Source: Acaryochloris marina S15
GTDB lineage: Bacteria > Cyanobacteriota > Cyanobacteriia > Thermosynechococcales > Thermosynechococcaceae
DNA: 32,000 bases
Direction of reading: 5' to 3'
Assembly (NCBI RefSeq): GCF_018336915.1
Contig: NZ_CP064923.1
Location: 3,660,001 to 3,692,000, forward strand
The position numbers and the translations under genes were made by a program. Within the stretch, counting starts at the first letter, position 1, and every line of letters begins with the position of its first letter. Below are positions 1 to 9,004 of this stretch, piece by piece. The notes under the pieces were generated by a model. That model was given only the letters and a program-made list of their open reading frames with translations. It ran no database searches and was not told where the DNA came from.

Positions 1-1
1 T

Positions 2-652
2 TATTTTTTGGAAGAGTTTGGTACAGCAGACGCTATTTTCACCCCCTATGTCGAGCGGATGAATGCCAGCCTCTACTACTACAAGGGCTACTCACTAAGA
101 GAGGAGAATCCTCGGTTCTCGGATTGGTTTGATGCCATGGAAAGTCGGCCCACCTACCGAGGTACTCAAAGCGATTTCCATACCCATGCCCATGACTTAC
201 CGCCGCAAATGGGTGGATGCTATAAAAACGATGATCCGCAAACTGCCATCAATAGGAATCGGGTAGACAATGGCCCCTGGACAGAGTTACCAGATGTCAC
301 CTATCCTGAACCCGAAACTTCTCGGGCGGAAGCGTTGCATCGAATGGTCAAGCATCACGAGAATATTATTAAGGTCAATCCTGCCAATGACGAGTTATTT
401 GATGAAGCCCTGCGCTGTGCTCTGACCCATCTGATTACGGGTGAGGTGTGTTCGCCTCCGCCTGGTTCGGATCTTGGCCTGCGGTACTTGCGCGATCGCA
501 TCAGTGTTCCGCGGGATATGTCCATCTATGCAGCCAAACGTCTCAAGGCATCTCTAGAGACGACAGCCGCTCTCGTTGGCAACCGTCAAGGGACACCCAT
601 CCCTGTGCGCCACCGTCGTGACCAAGATCCTATGAACTTCGCGAAGGCATAA
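2..652 (+). CDS. glutathione S-transferase family protein, C-terminal part (5' end outside window)
   Basis: The frame is open from base 2, with no stop before the listed TTG at 8, so the gene is cut by the window edge. The translation ([20 protein letters not shown]...[24 protein letters not shown]) resembles the helical C-terminal domain of long cyanobacterial/plastid GST-like proteins. The family call is from recall. Confidence 0.7.
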   Translation, partial: YFLEEFGTADAIFTPYVERMNASLYYYKGYSLREENPRFSDWFDAMESRPTYRGTQSDFHTHAHDLPPQMGGCYKNDDPQTAINRNRVDNGPWTELPDVTYPEPETSRAEALHRMVKHHENIIKVNPANDELFDEALRCALTHLITGEVCSPPPGSDLGLRYLRDRISVPRDMSIYAAKRLKASLETTAALVGNRQGTPIPVRHRRDQDPMNFAKA

Positions 653-855
653 GTCATACCAATAAGCATCAAAAAGTGTAATTTTGATTTGCTATGAAAC
701 TTTGCCAACAAAGGGTTTTACGAATTTTATGATTACGCTTTTAGGCTCAAATTGGTGTCATAAGCTGGGCAGGATGCCGTGGTTAGTATGATCGGTGTCC
801 TTGTGACCATTCTTTAGGGCCATTAGAAAAAAGATAGTGACTGGGCTAGAGGACG

Positions 856-1461
856 ATGAATAAAGCTTTGACGGGATTGCTAGTTGCGATCGCATCTTGC
901 AGTACTCTCTCATCGGCTCAGGCTCTCCCCGGCATGACCAAAGTCGAAGCAATAAGTTGGTCTTGAGGAAACTACGCAGACCAATCTAATACTGAGCTAG
1001 CCAAAGTCCCTCCTTTGCAGACCACCCAAAAGTACAAACCGAATCAATCAGATCTGGATACCTCTTTTGAAGGGATGGGAGGGAAAGTTCATCTCACCGT
1101 CTTTATGGATCAAGCGGAGAAGGTAAAAACAGAAAATATTGATTACCGCCCAGCCTGCTATTGGACTGGACTATCAGATTGCTCTGGCCTCATTACATTT
1201 GAGAAAACCAACCAGGACAAAGGGACTGAGCCGATTCAAGCTATCTGAGGACAGGCAGTACTAGCTGACTTTCAGGCTGCATCTGTAACAAAAACCCATA
1301 CCGATGGCAATACCTATCGTTGGTATCAAGGCCAGCTCCATAACTATGAGATGTTTTAAGTGAAAGTCAATACCACCAAGCAGTTCAGCCTAGTATCTAA
1401 GGATGTTACACAACGCGATCTCATGCAGCAATTCATGGAGTGGCAAAGGTTATCCCAGTAA
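856..1461 (+). pseudogene. secreted hypothetical protein gene interrupted by three in-frame stop codons (frame otherwise intact)
   Basis: ATG at 856 opens a signal-peptide-like N-terminus (MNKALTGLLVAIASCSTLSSAQA). The same frame runs 202 codons to TAA at 1459-1461. It is broken only by TGA at 964-966, TGA at 1246-1248 and TAA at 1357-1359. The 77-aa track ORF at 1015..1248 is the middle piece of this frame. A hairpin follows at 1493-1520. Confidence 0.4.
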
Positions 1462-1492
1462 ATACCCACCCAGCTTAGTCGCTCAAAAAGCT

Positions 1493-1520
1493 CCCCCTAA
1501 AGCACAGCTTCTTTAGGGGG
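1493..1520 (-). terminator. rho-independent terminator-like hairpin downstream of the 1636..2439 methyltransferase gene
   Basis: CCCCCTAAAG (1493-1502) pairs with CTTTAGGGGG (1511-1520) around an 8-nt loop. Read on the minus strand, the stem is followed by AGCTTTTTGAGC, a T5 run. On the plus strand no T-run follows, so it is at best a weak stop for the plus-strand relic. Confidence 0.55.
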
Positions 1521-1635
1521 AGGATAGCCTTCTGTACTAAGTCATAGATAAGAGAGTTCACAAAGAACTCCACCACCAACCTAGCAATCAAATATGGGGA
1601 AATGTTGAAGGCAAGCTATTCCAATTAGAGTGCAA

Positions 1636-2439
1636 CTACTCTTGCCGACAGGCAGCAATAAAATACAGATGAGGCTGATCAGGAAGACTAGGGTCTGGAA
1701 ATTGGAATGTGAAGCGGCCAAACGAAGCACCTTCATCACCTGGTTGAATCGCTGAGGCCTGCCAACCATACTGTTCAAAGAAAGACTCCGGATCATCGCA
1801 ACAGGACAGCCAATACTTAGCCCAGTCATCTTGGCCATTCATTATTACAGAATTGATAACATCAGCCCCAAACCAACTTCCTTTAACAGACAAAGTTGTG
1901 ATTGTTGTCAGCAAATTATGAACTTCTTCTTCATTCAGATAATATAGAACCCCTTCCAGGAGCCAAATTGACGGCTTTGACGGTTGATAGCCTTGTTTAA
2001 TCAGCATCTCAGACCAAAGAGAGTCTTTCAAATCAGCTGCGATTGCATGCCGATTACAAGTAGGCTGAATATCCTCTAGAACTGATTCTTTGTAGGTCAA
2101 TATATTACTTTGATCAATCTCATAAACATGAGTATCAGCGGCCCATTCCATACGCAAAGCTCGGGTATCCAGACCTGCCCCTAACAGAACAATTTGCTGA
2201 ATATTTTGAGAATGCCCTAGGATCAAGTCATCAAAGTAACGCGTTCGAATTGAGGTAAAAGGCTTTCCCGCTTTTTCATCTGCTTCTAGCCGGGGAATTA
2301 CATCTTCTAGAACCTCTTTACCTGCTAGCTTCTCAGCAAAGGGATCAATGAATAATGCATCTGATCTTCTCGTTTCATATGCACGTCCAGCAGCCATATT
2401 TTTGGCGGTAAAACCAACGTCATCCCTTGTCTTAGACAT
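1636..2439 (-). CDS. class I SAM-dependent methyltransferase, leucine carboxyl methyltransferase (LCMT/PF04072-like) family
   Basis: 267-aa ORF with the family hallmark QIVLLGAGLDTRALRM and an N-terminal AAGRAYETRR...DPFAEKL segment typical of this O-methyltransferase family. Confidence 0.85.
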   Translation of the reverse strand: MSKTRDDVGFTAKNMAAGRAYETRRSDALFIDPFAEKLAGKEVLEDVIPRLEADEKAGKPFTSIRTRYFDDLILGHSQNIQQIVLLGAGLDTRALRMEWAADTHVYEIDQSNILTYKESVLEDIQPTCNRHAIAADLKDSLWSEMLIKQGYQPSKPSIWLLEGVLYYLNEEEVHNLLTTITTLSVKGSWFGADVINSVIMNGQDDWAKYWLSCCDDPESFFEQYGWQASAIQPGDEGASFGRFTFQFPDPSLPDQPHLYFIAACRQE

Positions 2440-3149
2440 ACTATTTCCCCTAATTAAGTTTTAGCAAGTAGCGTCGATAGACAAATAAATATGATGAATA
2501 TCAAGTTACTGAGATAATTTTATTTAACCTTTTTCTTTCTAAATCCTAGGGTTATTCCTATCTCAAAAACCACGATGAATTCCAACCTTATCAAGTCCAA
2601 TATCAACTGTGAGAGCTGATTTATAAAGCAAATTCCATAAAAGCTACATCCCTTGCCAGGAAATAACTATGGCATCTATGAGTTCGATTAAACTGAACTC
2701 ATAGATCTTAGTTTTTATAGGATTTCGGCGACTTAATAAGTTATCTCTGATAAAGCCCATTATCTCAGAGATGAGGGTAAACACTACATGCTTAATAAAT
2801 TAATTTCTAAATCAAACTGTATAAGATTTGTACTCCTAGTAGAGCATCCTCTTGCCGTCAGAACAAATCACAATAGTGATAGAAATATCTAAAAATCCTA
2901 ATACTAGATCTTGGATAGCCTTTTTTCTAACATGTCTTATCTATAAATCTCACTAGGCATGGGTCCTTCATGCCGATCAATAATTCCTCTTCTTCTACAG
3001 GCTGAGTTGTTCTTCTAATAAAACAAGACTTCGGTAATCCATACCATTCTCAGATTTCTCAAGATACTTTCTTAAATCACTGAAGAAGTTCATGGAATTT
3101 CCACAGCGTTCCATCAGACCTTCTTCAAACTCCCCTCGTAAATTAGTAA

Positions 3150-3410
3150 GAGAAAGGACTCAAGAAAAACGATAGAGCCTTAACTCAGCAGACATTTGCG
3201 GGTCTTGCTGTATTGGCACTTGGCTTAAGTGCATCCACTGCAGTTGCACCCCCACCCAGCGCTACATTACTATCCTAAATCCCCACGAACTATGAAAGTC
3301 GCTACGACCTAGCTCGCCAATTGTCTCCCTTCAACCTGGCCCGTATGGCATGTCAAGATTAGTTTACGAATGAAGGCGTACCTACGGCTAATCAATTGAT
3401 TCGAGATTAG
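3150..3410 (+). pseudogene. possible relic of a small secreted protein gene (no start codon, three in-frame stops)
   Basis: One frame reads EKGLKKNDRALTQQTFAGLAVLALGLSASTAVAPPPSATLLS*IPTNYESRYDLARQLSPFNLARMACQD*FTNEGVPTANQLIRD*. Stops are at 3276, 3360 and 3408. The signal-peptide-like start and the SPFNLARMA-CQ-x-FxNEGVP stretch recall small cyanobacterial secreted proteins carrying an FNLV-LAYQGYF-QGIP motif. That match is from memory only. Confidence 0.25.
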
Positions 3411-3531
3411 CTACCTACATATAAATCCTACAAGTCTCCAATCATATAGATCAGCTTTATTCTACAGTTGCAACAAAGAGAATCAAGCCTTGAACAATAT
3501 TCAATGAAGGTCGAAAAAGGCCAATGAAGTA

Positions 3532-4020
3532 TTATCCTTTTCTGACTAACCCTTCATGAATCCGATTTTTTCGGTGATTGAGGATACCCAGGATGAGAAT
3601 GGGCCAAATAATGCTAGCGACTGTCAGAAAAACAAACCACTCTGGTGAACCACCATTTGGCCAATAATTTTGCCCATATTGAACGCAGATGACAACGGGT
3701 GTTAAAGCTAAAAAAGCTAAACTCCAGCCTAGAATATAAGTCCGGATGATATTGGCTAAATGTAAGGGTTCTTGACCTATAATATTGAACCCAAAACTAT
3801 CGCCAATCAATGCTCTATTAGCAGACTTATATTCGAACTTAAAGGGACGGACTATACGTGATGCTAGGGGAAAAATAGGGATAAAAAATATAGTAATCCA
3901 AAGCGTCACACGATAGAGACCGTTGGGAAAAGGCCTGTATCCAAGAACTGAAACACCTATCCCATAGATTGAAAAACCGAAGAATTGGTTCAATGATATT
4001 TGTAAGAGGTTTCTCTCCAT
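3532..4020 (-). CDS. hypothetical integral membrane protein
   Basis: ORF with several hydrophobic helices (FFGFSIYGIGVSVLG, VTLWITIFFIPIFPLA, ILGWSLAFLALTPVVICV, WFVFLTVASIIWPILILGIL). ATG at 4020 (MERNLL...) is preferred over the TTG at 4038 used by the track. The gene is low in GC and I recognise no family. Confidence 0.55.
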   Translation of the reverse strand: MERNLLQISLNQFFGFSIYGIGVSVLGYRPFPNGLYRVTLWITIFFIPIFPLASRIVRPFKFEYKSANRALIGDSFGFNIIGQEPLHLANIIRTYILGWSLAFLALTPVVICVQYGQNYWPNGGSPEWFVFLTVASIIWPILILGILNHRKNRIHEGLVRKG

Positions 4021-4156
4021 AAATTTCTCACTTGCCAACCATTGATAGAGAGGGTTCAGTTGATTAGGATTGAAATCTATCGAACAAGGAAAAATTCAAT
4101 TCGATAAATTATATCTTTTCGTCAATATCAAGAAGATGAAAATTCTAAATCAGCTC

Positions 4157-4186
4157 AAAAACAGGTAAGCACATATACCTGTTTTT
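4157..4186. terminator. symmetric A-run/stem/T-run hairpin (bidirectional terminator-like) in a divergent intergenic region
   Basis: AAAAACAGGTA (4157-4167) pairs with TACCTGTTTTT (4176-4186) around an 8-nt loop. Neither flanking gene (3532..4020 minus, 4422..5300 plus) is transcribed toward it. Confidence 0.4.
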
Positions 4187-4421
4187 CTTGAAGCCTAGGC
4201 AAATATTCAATCAAGCAAATAATGCTTAAACTCTCTACACTTATAATTCCCAAATTGTGATAATTTTCCGACACAAAAAGAATTAGGATCAAGTGCCGTT
4301 TGAAGATGACTAAAATAGGCCCTAATAGTGGTTTAACATTTCCTAGTGATCTTTGTCATCGGCAAAAACAAGGATGATTTTTATACTGTGGACATGAAAT
4401 TCAGCTTTGAGATAGTTTGGA

Positions 4422-5300
4422 ATGAGACGGAATCAAAGATTTAGCTTTGTTTTGCCCCTTTGCCTCTTGAGCTTGGGTTTATCCATTCAGGCTTGTCAAC
4501 AAACTTCAGCCGATACAAGTTCACCTAACCCCTCTGGGACTCCATCAGATCGTCAGCAGTCTGGGGCAGGTCGATCTGGCCCGCTCAGTAAAGACTTAGA
4601 CAAGATAGGCAAATCTGGTAGTTCTTCTTCCGATAAAGGGGAAATTCGGGAAGTCACTTACATCGCTGAAAAAATCAAACCGACGCCAGCTCAACTCGCG
4701 AGCAAAGATCTGAATTCTCGTATTAATGTGCGATCGCAACCCTCCACTCGCTCCAAGGCCAAACATTTTGGCTATAAAGGGGATGCAGTCACCCTGCTCC
4801 AAAAAGCGAAAGGAGAAGGAGATGCCACCTGGTACTATCTTCGCTTTGACCAGTCCCAGGCTGAAGGCTGGATTCGCGAAGACTTTATTTCTAGATCCAC
4901 TACTTCACTATTGCCCAAATCAGAATATCGCCCTTACAATTTCGAGACTGATCCTTGGTTAGCTTCCTTTAATAAAACCTATGCCACTGCTAAGCAACGG
5001 CAAGAATCTTGGCTTGCCGAGGCACCTACGGTTGCCTTGAGACTGTCTGGTTTTCCTAACTCAGGCGAATGTAAACCCACTGAAGTGCATACAACCGAAC
5101 ATAGTGCTTCAAGCGTAACGGTTGTCATCCATAGTGGTCCCGCAAAAGAACCTTGCATGGATGATTCGGTTCGAGCCTCACAGATCCGAGTTGATTTGGT
5201 AAAGGAGAATCAAATTTGGGCGATTGAATGGGCGGGCGGTCGTTATCGGTGTCATCAGGGGAGAGGACAGCAAGATTTTGCCACTGCTCTGTGTAGTTAA
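4422..5300 (+). CDS. putative lipoprotein with a bacterial SH3-like domain
   Basis: The N-terminus MRRNQRFSFVLPLCLLSLGLSIQAC looks like a signal peptide with a lipobox-like Cys. It is followed by a low-complexity Ser/Gly linker. The segment LNSRINVRSQPSTRSKAKHFGYKGDAVTLLQKAKGEGDATWYYLRFDQSQAEGWIREDFI matches the SH3b pattern. Confidence 0.7.
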   Translation: MRRNQRFSFVLPLCLLSLGLSIQACQQTSADTSSPNPSGTPSDRQQSGAGRSGPLSKDLDKIGKSGSSSSDKGEIREVTYIAEKIKPTPAQLASKDLNSRINVRSQPSTRSKAKHFGYKGDAVTLLQKAKGEGDATWYYLRFDQSQAEGWIREDFISRSTTSLLPKSEYRPYNFETDPWLASFNKTYATAKQRQESWLAEAPTVALRLSGFPNSGECKPTEVHTTEHSASSVTVVIHSGPAKEPCMDDSVRASQIRVDLVKENQIWAIEWAGGRYRCHQGRGQQDFATALCS

Positions 5301-5342
5301 AAAGCAGACGGCTGATGTCTGACCCCCTAGATCCAGTTTTGA

Positions 5343-6107
5343 TTAGCTGGGGATGTCATCGGAGCTGGATAGGGGAAATAGTCGAGTGACTGTTGCTATT
5401 CCTGCCTCGACTTTCCAGAAAATATCAAACCCTGCTAGCCGCATATTCCACTCTTGCCCGGGTTGACCATCTTTCCTGCGCTCATAACCTGGGCGAGGAT
5501 CTTGGGCAATCACATCCGAAATCATCGGTTGGATTTCATTTCGATCCCCCGTCAATGTTGAGATGAGGCTAGCCGTTGCTTCGGGACTCCATTCCACAGG
5601 CAATAGGGGATCTGCATCATCAGCCCAAGCACTGGTTGCAGTTGCGATCGCGTCTGCATACGGTACATAGGGCTTAATATCCAACACGGGTGTACCGTCT
5701 AAAAAGTCTCCTCCATGGATATGGAGCAATATTTCGGTTGGGGTCTGTTCCACTTGATCCAAAGGCACTGCACTCAGTCCGATCTGATTCGGACGATTGG
5801 GACTGCGGGTTGCATAAACCCCCATGCTCTTGTTTCCACCCAGGCGGGGTGGACGCACCAGGGGACGAAACTTGGAAAAGGACTGACCATGTAGCAGAAA
5901 GATTACCCATATATGGGAAAAGCTCTCAATTCCTCGCAATGAATGCCACTGCTGATCGGTGTGGGGAAAGACAATGGCTGCTTTTGCAGATTCCACTAAT
6001 CCGGCCTGTCGAGGAATACCAAAGCGTTCAGGATAGCAAGATCGAATATAGGCAATCGGGGTTAAAGATACCTCATTCAAGTTGGGAAGGGGATTAGGGA
6101 TCGGCAT
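5343..6107 (-). CDS. trmO: tRNA (N6-threonylcarbamoyladenosine(37)-N6)-methyltransferase TrmO (YaeB/TsaA family)
   Basis: Hallmark stretches are RFGIPRQ, FSHIWVIFLLH, GVYATRSPNRPNQIGLS and GTPVLDIKPYVPYAD. The start overlaps the stop of the upstream methyltransferase gene by 14 nt. Confidence 0.9.
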   Translation of the reverse strand: MPIPNPLPNLNEVSLTPIAYIRSCYPERFGIPRQAGLVESAKAAIVFPHTDQQWHSLRGIESFSHIWVIFLLHGQSFSKFRPLVRPPRLGGNKSMGVYATRSPNRPNQIGLSAVPLDQVEQTPTEILLHIHGGDFLDGTPVLDIKPYVPYADAIATATSAWADDADPLLPVEWSPEATASLISTLTGDRNEIQPMISDVIAQDPRPGYERRKDGQPGQEWNMRLAGFDIFWKVEAGIATVTRLFPLSSSDDIPS

Positions 6108-6825
6108 GATTATTTTTACCCTGCTTGGCTTCTAGGCGATCTAAGGTGCGATCAAAGCAGGCTCGAATATTATGCAGTAAATATAGATCTTCAGCGCCCA
6201 ATAGTGCCAAACCGCGAGTAACGTATTTCTGATAGCGTTCTGCCAATCCAATGCGCTCCATAAGCTGTAGGGAGGAGTGTTTGAGATTGGCATATTCGAG
6301 CGGGGGCATGGGGTCACGATTCAGCCGCTGGTCTTTAATTTGGACTGCTGACTCTGACAGCATAAAGCTATACACCATCACAGCCTGGGCCAAGTTCAAT
6401 GAAGGATGAGGATTGTCCTGAGGAATGGTCGTGATCAGATCGCAGCGATCGATATCTTGTCGATTCAAGCCAGACCGTTCTCCCCCAAAGACAAATGCAA
6501 CGTGCTGTAGGCTCTCTCCCTTTGCTTGTAACTGTTGGGGCACCTCCCGCACTGAAATATATTGATACTTCTCATAGCGATGGCGGGCGGTGGTGGCGCA
6601 GGCAAAATCAATGTCATGCAACGCCTCTGATAAAGTCTGATAAATGGGAGCCGCATTGAGGACTGCTTGGGAACCGTGGGCCAGGACTTGGGCTTTTTCT
6701 GAGTTGCGATCGCATCGAGGTCGCACCAGCCGCAAATCCGTATGGCCCATTGTATTTAAAGCCCGAGCCGCAGCCCCCAAATTTTCTGGAACTTCTGGTT
6801 CAACTAGGATAAATGAGTACTGCAT
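6094..6825 (-). CDS. trmJ: SpoU/TrmH-class RNA 2'-O-methyltransferase, TrmJ-like
   Basis: The N-terminus ILVEPEVPENLGAAARALNTMG plus the SPOUT motifs FVFGGERSGL and SLNLAQAVMVYSF, at about 243 aa with a helical C-terminal extension, fit TrmJ. Confidence 0.75.
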   Translation of the reverse strand: MQYSFILVEPEVPENLGAAARALNTMGHTDLRLVRPRCDRNSEKAQVLAHGSQAVLNAAPIYQTLSEALHDIDFACATTARHRYEKYQYISVREVPQQLQAKGESLQHVAFVFGGERSGLNRQDIDRCDLITTIPQDNPHPSLNLAQAVMVYSFMLSESAVQIKDQRLNRDPMPPLEYANLKHSSLQLMERIGLAERYQKYVTRGLALLGAEDLYLLHNIRACFDRTLDRLEAKQGKNNHADP

Positions 6826-7101
6826 GAAGGTATAAAGCTTGCCTTATCACAGAGAGTAGGCTGCATCAACCTTAATGCTGAATACTCTCTGACTATTGAC
6901 GCTAGCACGTTCTACCCAGGCAATACTGCCACAACTTTTAATTTCATCTCCCTAAATAGGCTTTGCTAACCTTCACCTATATCCTCAACAGAGTGGAACA
7001 TAAGATTATGCCCATCAAGATTCCATTTTATAGATTGGCGAGAATTAGAGTGATTTTCAAATAGAAATCTATGGGTATACAAAGATAGAAAACGCCATAG
7101 G

Positions 7102-7401
7102 TTATCGGTTAATTGAATTTGCAATACGGCCGGTATTTTCAGCAGTTCTAATTGAAGAGATAAATGCTTCTAATGTGATTCTGAAAAAGATAATGTTCAG
7201 CATGAACACGAGTGGTGCAAGAATCAAAGCACCAATGGCTGGAAGTGGACCTCCTCGTAACCCTGCGAATAGAATGAGTAAAGCAGCCAGACCAATGAAT
7301 AAAATACCTATCCCATAAAGGACTCCTGCGATTTGAATCGCAATAAATTCAGAGAAAGACAGGTCAAAGAGCTTAGCAAAGAATCCCTTTCGAGAGGCCA
7401 T
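7102..7401 (-). CDS. DUF4282-like small membrane protein
   Basis: 99-aa ORF starting GFFAKLFDLSFSEFIAIQIAGVLYGIG, followed by two further hydrophobic helices. This pattern is typical of DUF4282 (from recall). Confidence 0.65.
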   Translation of the reverse strand: MASRKGFFAKLFDLSFSEFIAIQIAGVLYGIGILFIGLAALLILFAGLRGGPLPAIGALILAPLVFMLNIIFFRITLEAFISSIRTAENTGRIANSINR

Positions 7402-7971
7402 CTTAATTTATCCTCACTTGACTTTATATTTTGGCCTCCATTATTAGTAGAAAAGGGCTTAATCTTGCTATTTTAATATTTTTTTTATTATTCAGTGGCC
7501 TGGCTCTAAAAAACCCTAATTATATGTATTTATATATGAATATTTATCGATTTTTCTATACTTCCACTGAAGTATAGTGGTTTATTTGATCTTTTATGAA
7601 TACTCCTTCTAAGCTATTTCAATCACTTATGCTGACTATAAACACTGGACCCACTCTTGAATATCAAATTAATCAGGCTTGGTATTCAAAGAAATTAAAT
7701 AGATTACAAGCACAAAAAAATGTAACTTAAAAATTTATATCAGATTTAAAATAAAGTAAATATACTTTTCTCTGGATTGATAAATAAAGCCTGATTTTTT
7801 ATCATTACGATAATCATGATAGTTCTTACCAAAATCTGTGTATCTTAAATTGGGAATCACTTGGTTGCCCCCCAAGTCCCATATATCCATAAATCTGAGT
7901 GCTCCTCTCTAGCTATCCCGTGATTGGGTTCTTAACCAATGAGAGAAGAAGATTGCGAATAGGTATCCACT

Positions 7972-8979
7972 ATGGCTTTTTTAGAACAAGAAAATAGTAC
8001 GCAACAACAAAAACAACACCGAGCTTGGTGGAATCGGCCTCTGATTGGTGATCGGAGTGTGACAGAGCGGATTAGCTCTTTGGTCAAAGGGGGCAAGAAA
8101 GAAGAAGTCCCTGAAAAAGTGATTAAAACCCATGCGGATGCTTTGCAGGCGATACATAAATTGGTGAAGCGGGCTTTGTCTATTGACAATGGCAAATATG
8201 GCAATTCTGAGTTCCTAGCCTTTGTTAAGCTCAAGCGAGCTTTTGCTGAAAGCCATGAGGGATATGAGAATCTGGACCGATATCTTCAGCTTTTGCATGC
8301 GGGTATTTCTGCCAAACACACATTCATAGCTTTGGAACGCATGGAGTTCAAGTTCTATGGTTCTAAACATGCTCTCCTTTATGACTATGTTGAGGCTTTA
8401 TTTCAAAGCAATATCCCGCAGGCTGAGTTCCTTGATAGCCTACATGCCAAATTTGTGGAGGTCCAACCTCAACTCCGCACAGAGGTAGGGAAAGAAGTAT
8501 TACAGCAGTATTATCAAAATTTAGAGACGATCACCAAACATCGGTTTGGATTTCGGTTATTGCGTTCCTTCAAACGCCATAAAATGACCAACTATTCCAT
8601 GCTCAATACAGTTGCCAAGATTATTGATGGATTAGATCGATTAGACTTGCATGACTTAGGCATCCTCAATACGGAAGTGATTGCCCATTACGAAACCTTT
8701 CAGCGGTTGGGGGAAATTATAGGCATGCCAGAATCATTGGTGAACCCCAAAACCTTTGGCCGCATGCTGCAGTATGTCGCTTTAGAAGAAAAATATAAAA
8801 CAGCCTATCCTAAGTTTCAGGAGTTAGTGGTACTGCTTGAAGAGTGGTATAGGAACTTTACTATTGCCCAAAATCTACGCAATGAATATAACCCCAAGAA
8901 ATATAAGAGGGTGAAGGAATTTGGGACTTCGATTCCTGGGGTTGCTATCTATAACAAATACAAAGCTTATTTCAGCTAA
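7972..8979 (+). CDS. hypothetical protein, predicted all-alpha, no recognised family
   Basis: 335-aa ORF with an ATG start and a Lys/Glu/Leu-rich helical composition. I see no TM segments and no motif I can name. It converges on the 9005..11506 gene with a 25-nt gap. Confidence 0.6.
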   Translation: MAFLEQENSTQQQKQHRAWWNRPLIGDRSVTERISSLVKGGKKEEVPEKVIKTHADALQAIHKLVKRALSIDNGKYGNSEFLAFVKLKRAFAESHEGYENLDRYLQLLHAGISAKHTFIALERMEFKFYGSKHALLYDYVEALFQSNIPQAEFLDSLHAKFVEVQPQLRTEVGKEVLQQYYQNLETITKHRFGFRLLRSFKRHKMTNYSMLNTVAKIIDGLDRLDLHDLGILNTEVIAHYETFQRLGEIIGMPESLVNPKTFGRMLQYVALEEKYKTAYPKFQELVVLLEEWYRNFTIAQNLRNEYNPKKYKRVKEFGTSIPGVAIYNKYKAYFS

Positions 8980-9004
8980 AAGAACGCGGGTTGCTGAACG
9001 GACG

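Noticed and set aside
758-952. 64-aa minus-strand ORF
   Set aside because: It overlaps the plus-strand signal-peptide region of the 856-1461 frame. It has no start context or motif, and its composition looks like an antisense shadow.
964-1248. Reading the two in-frame TGA codons as selenocysteine
   Set aside because: No SECIS-like stem-loop is visible directly downstream of either TGA. The protein shows no redox-motif context. Cyanobacteria are not known to use Sec generally. TGG-to-TGA nonsense mutation is the simpler explanation.
1581-1838. 85-aa minus-strand ORF overlapping the 3' end of the LCMT-family methyltransferase
   Set aside because: It is an alternative frame of a well-supported gene, with no independent evidence.
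5674-6097. ORFs 5674..5910 (minus) and 5690..6097 (plus) within trmO, and 6465..6656 and 6644..6835 within the trmJ-like gene
   Set aside because: They are nested in genes with strong family signatures. Their translations are low-complexity and lack motifs.
7596-7730. 44-codon plus-strand ORF in the AT-rich leader as a bona fide small protein gene
   Set aside because: It has no Shine-Dalgarno sequence and no recognisable motif, and such ORFs arise easily in AT-rich sequence by chance. I kept it only as a note inside a finding.
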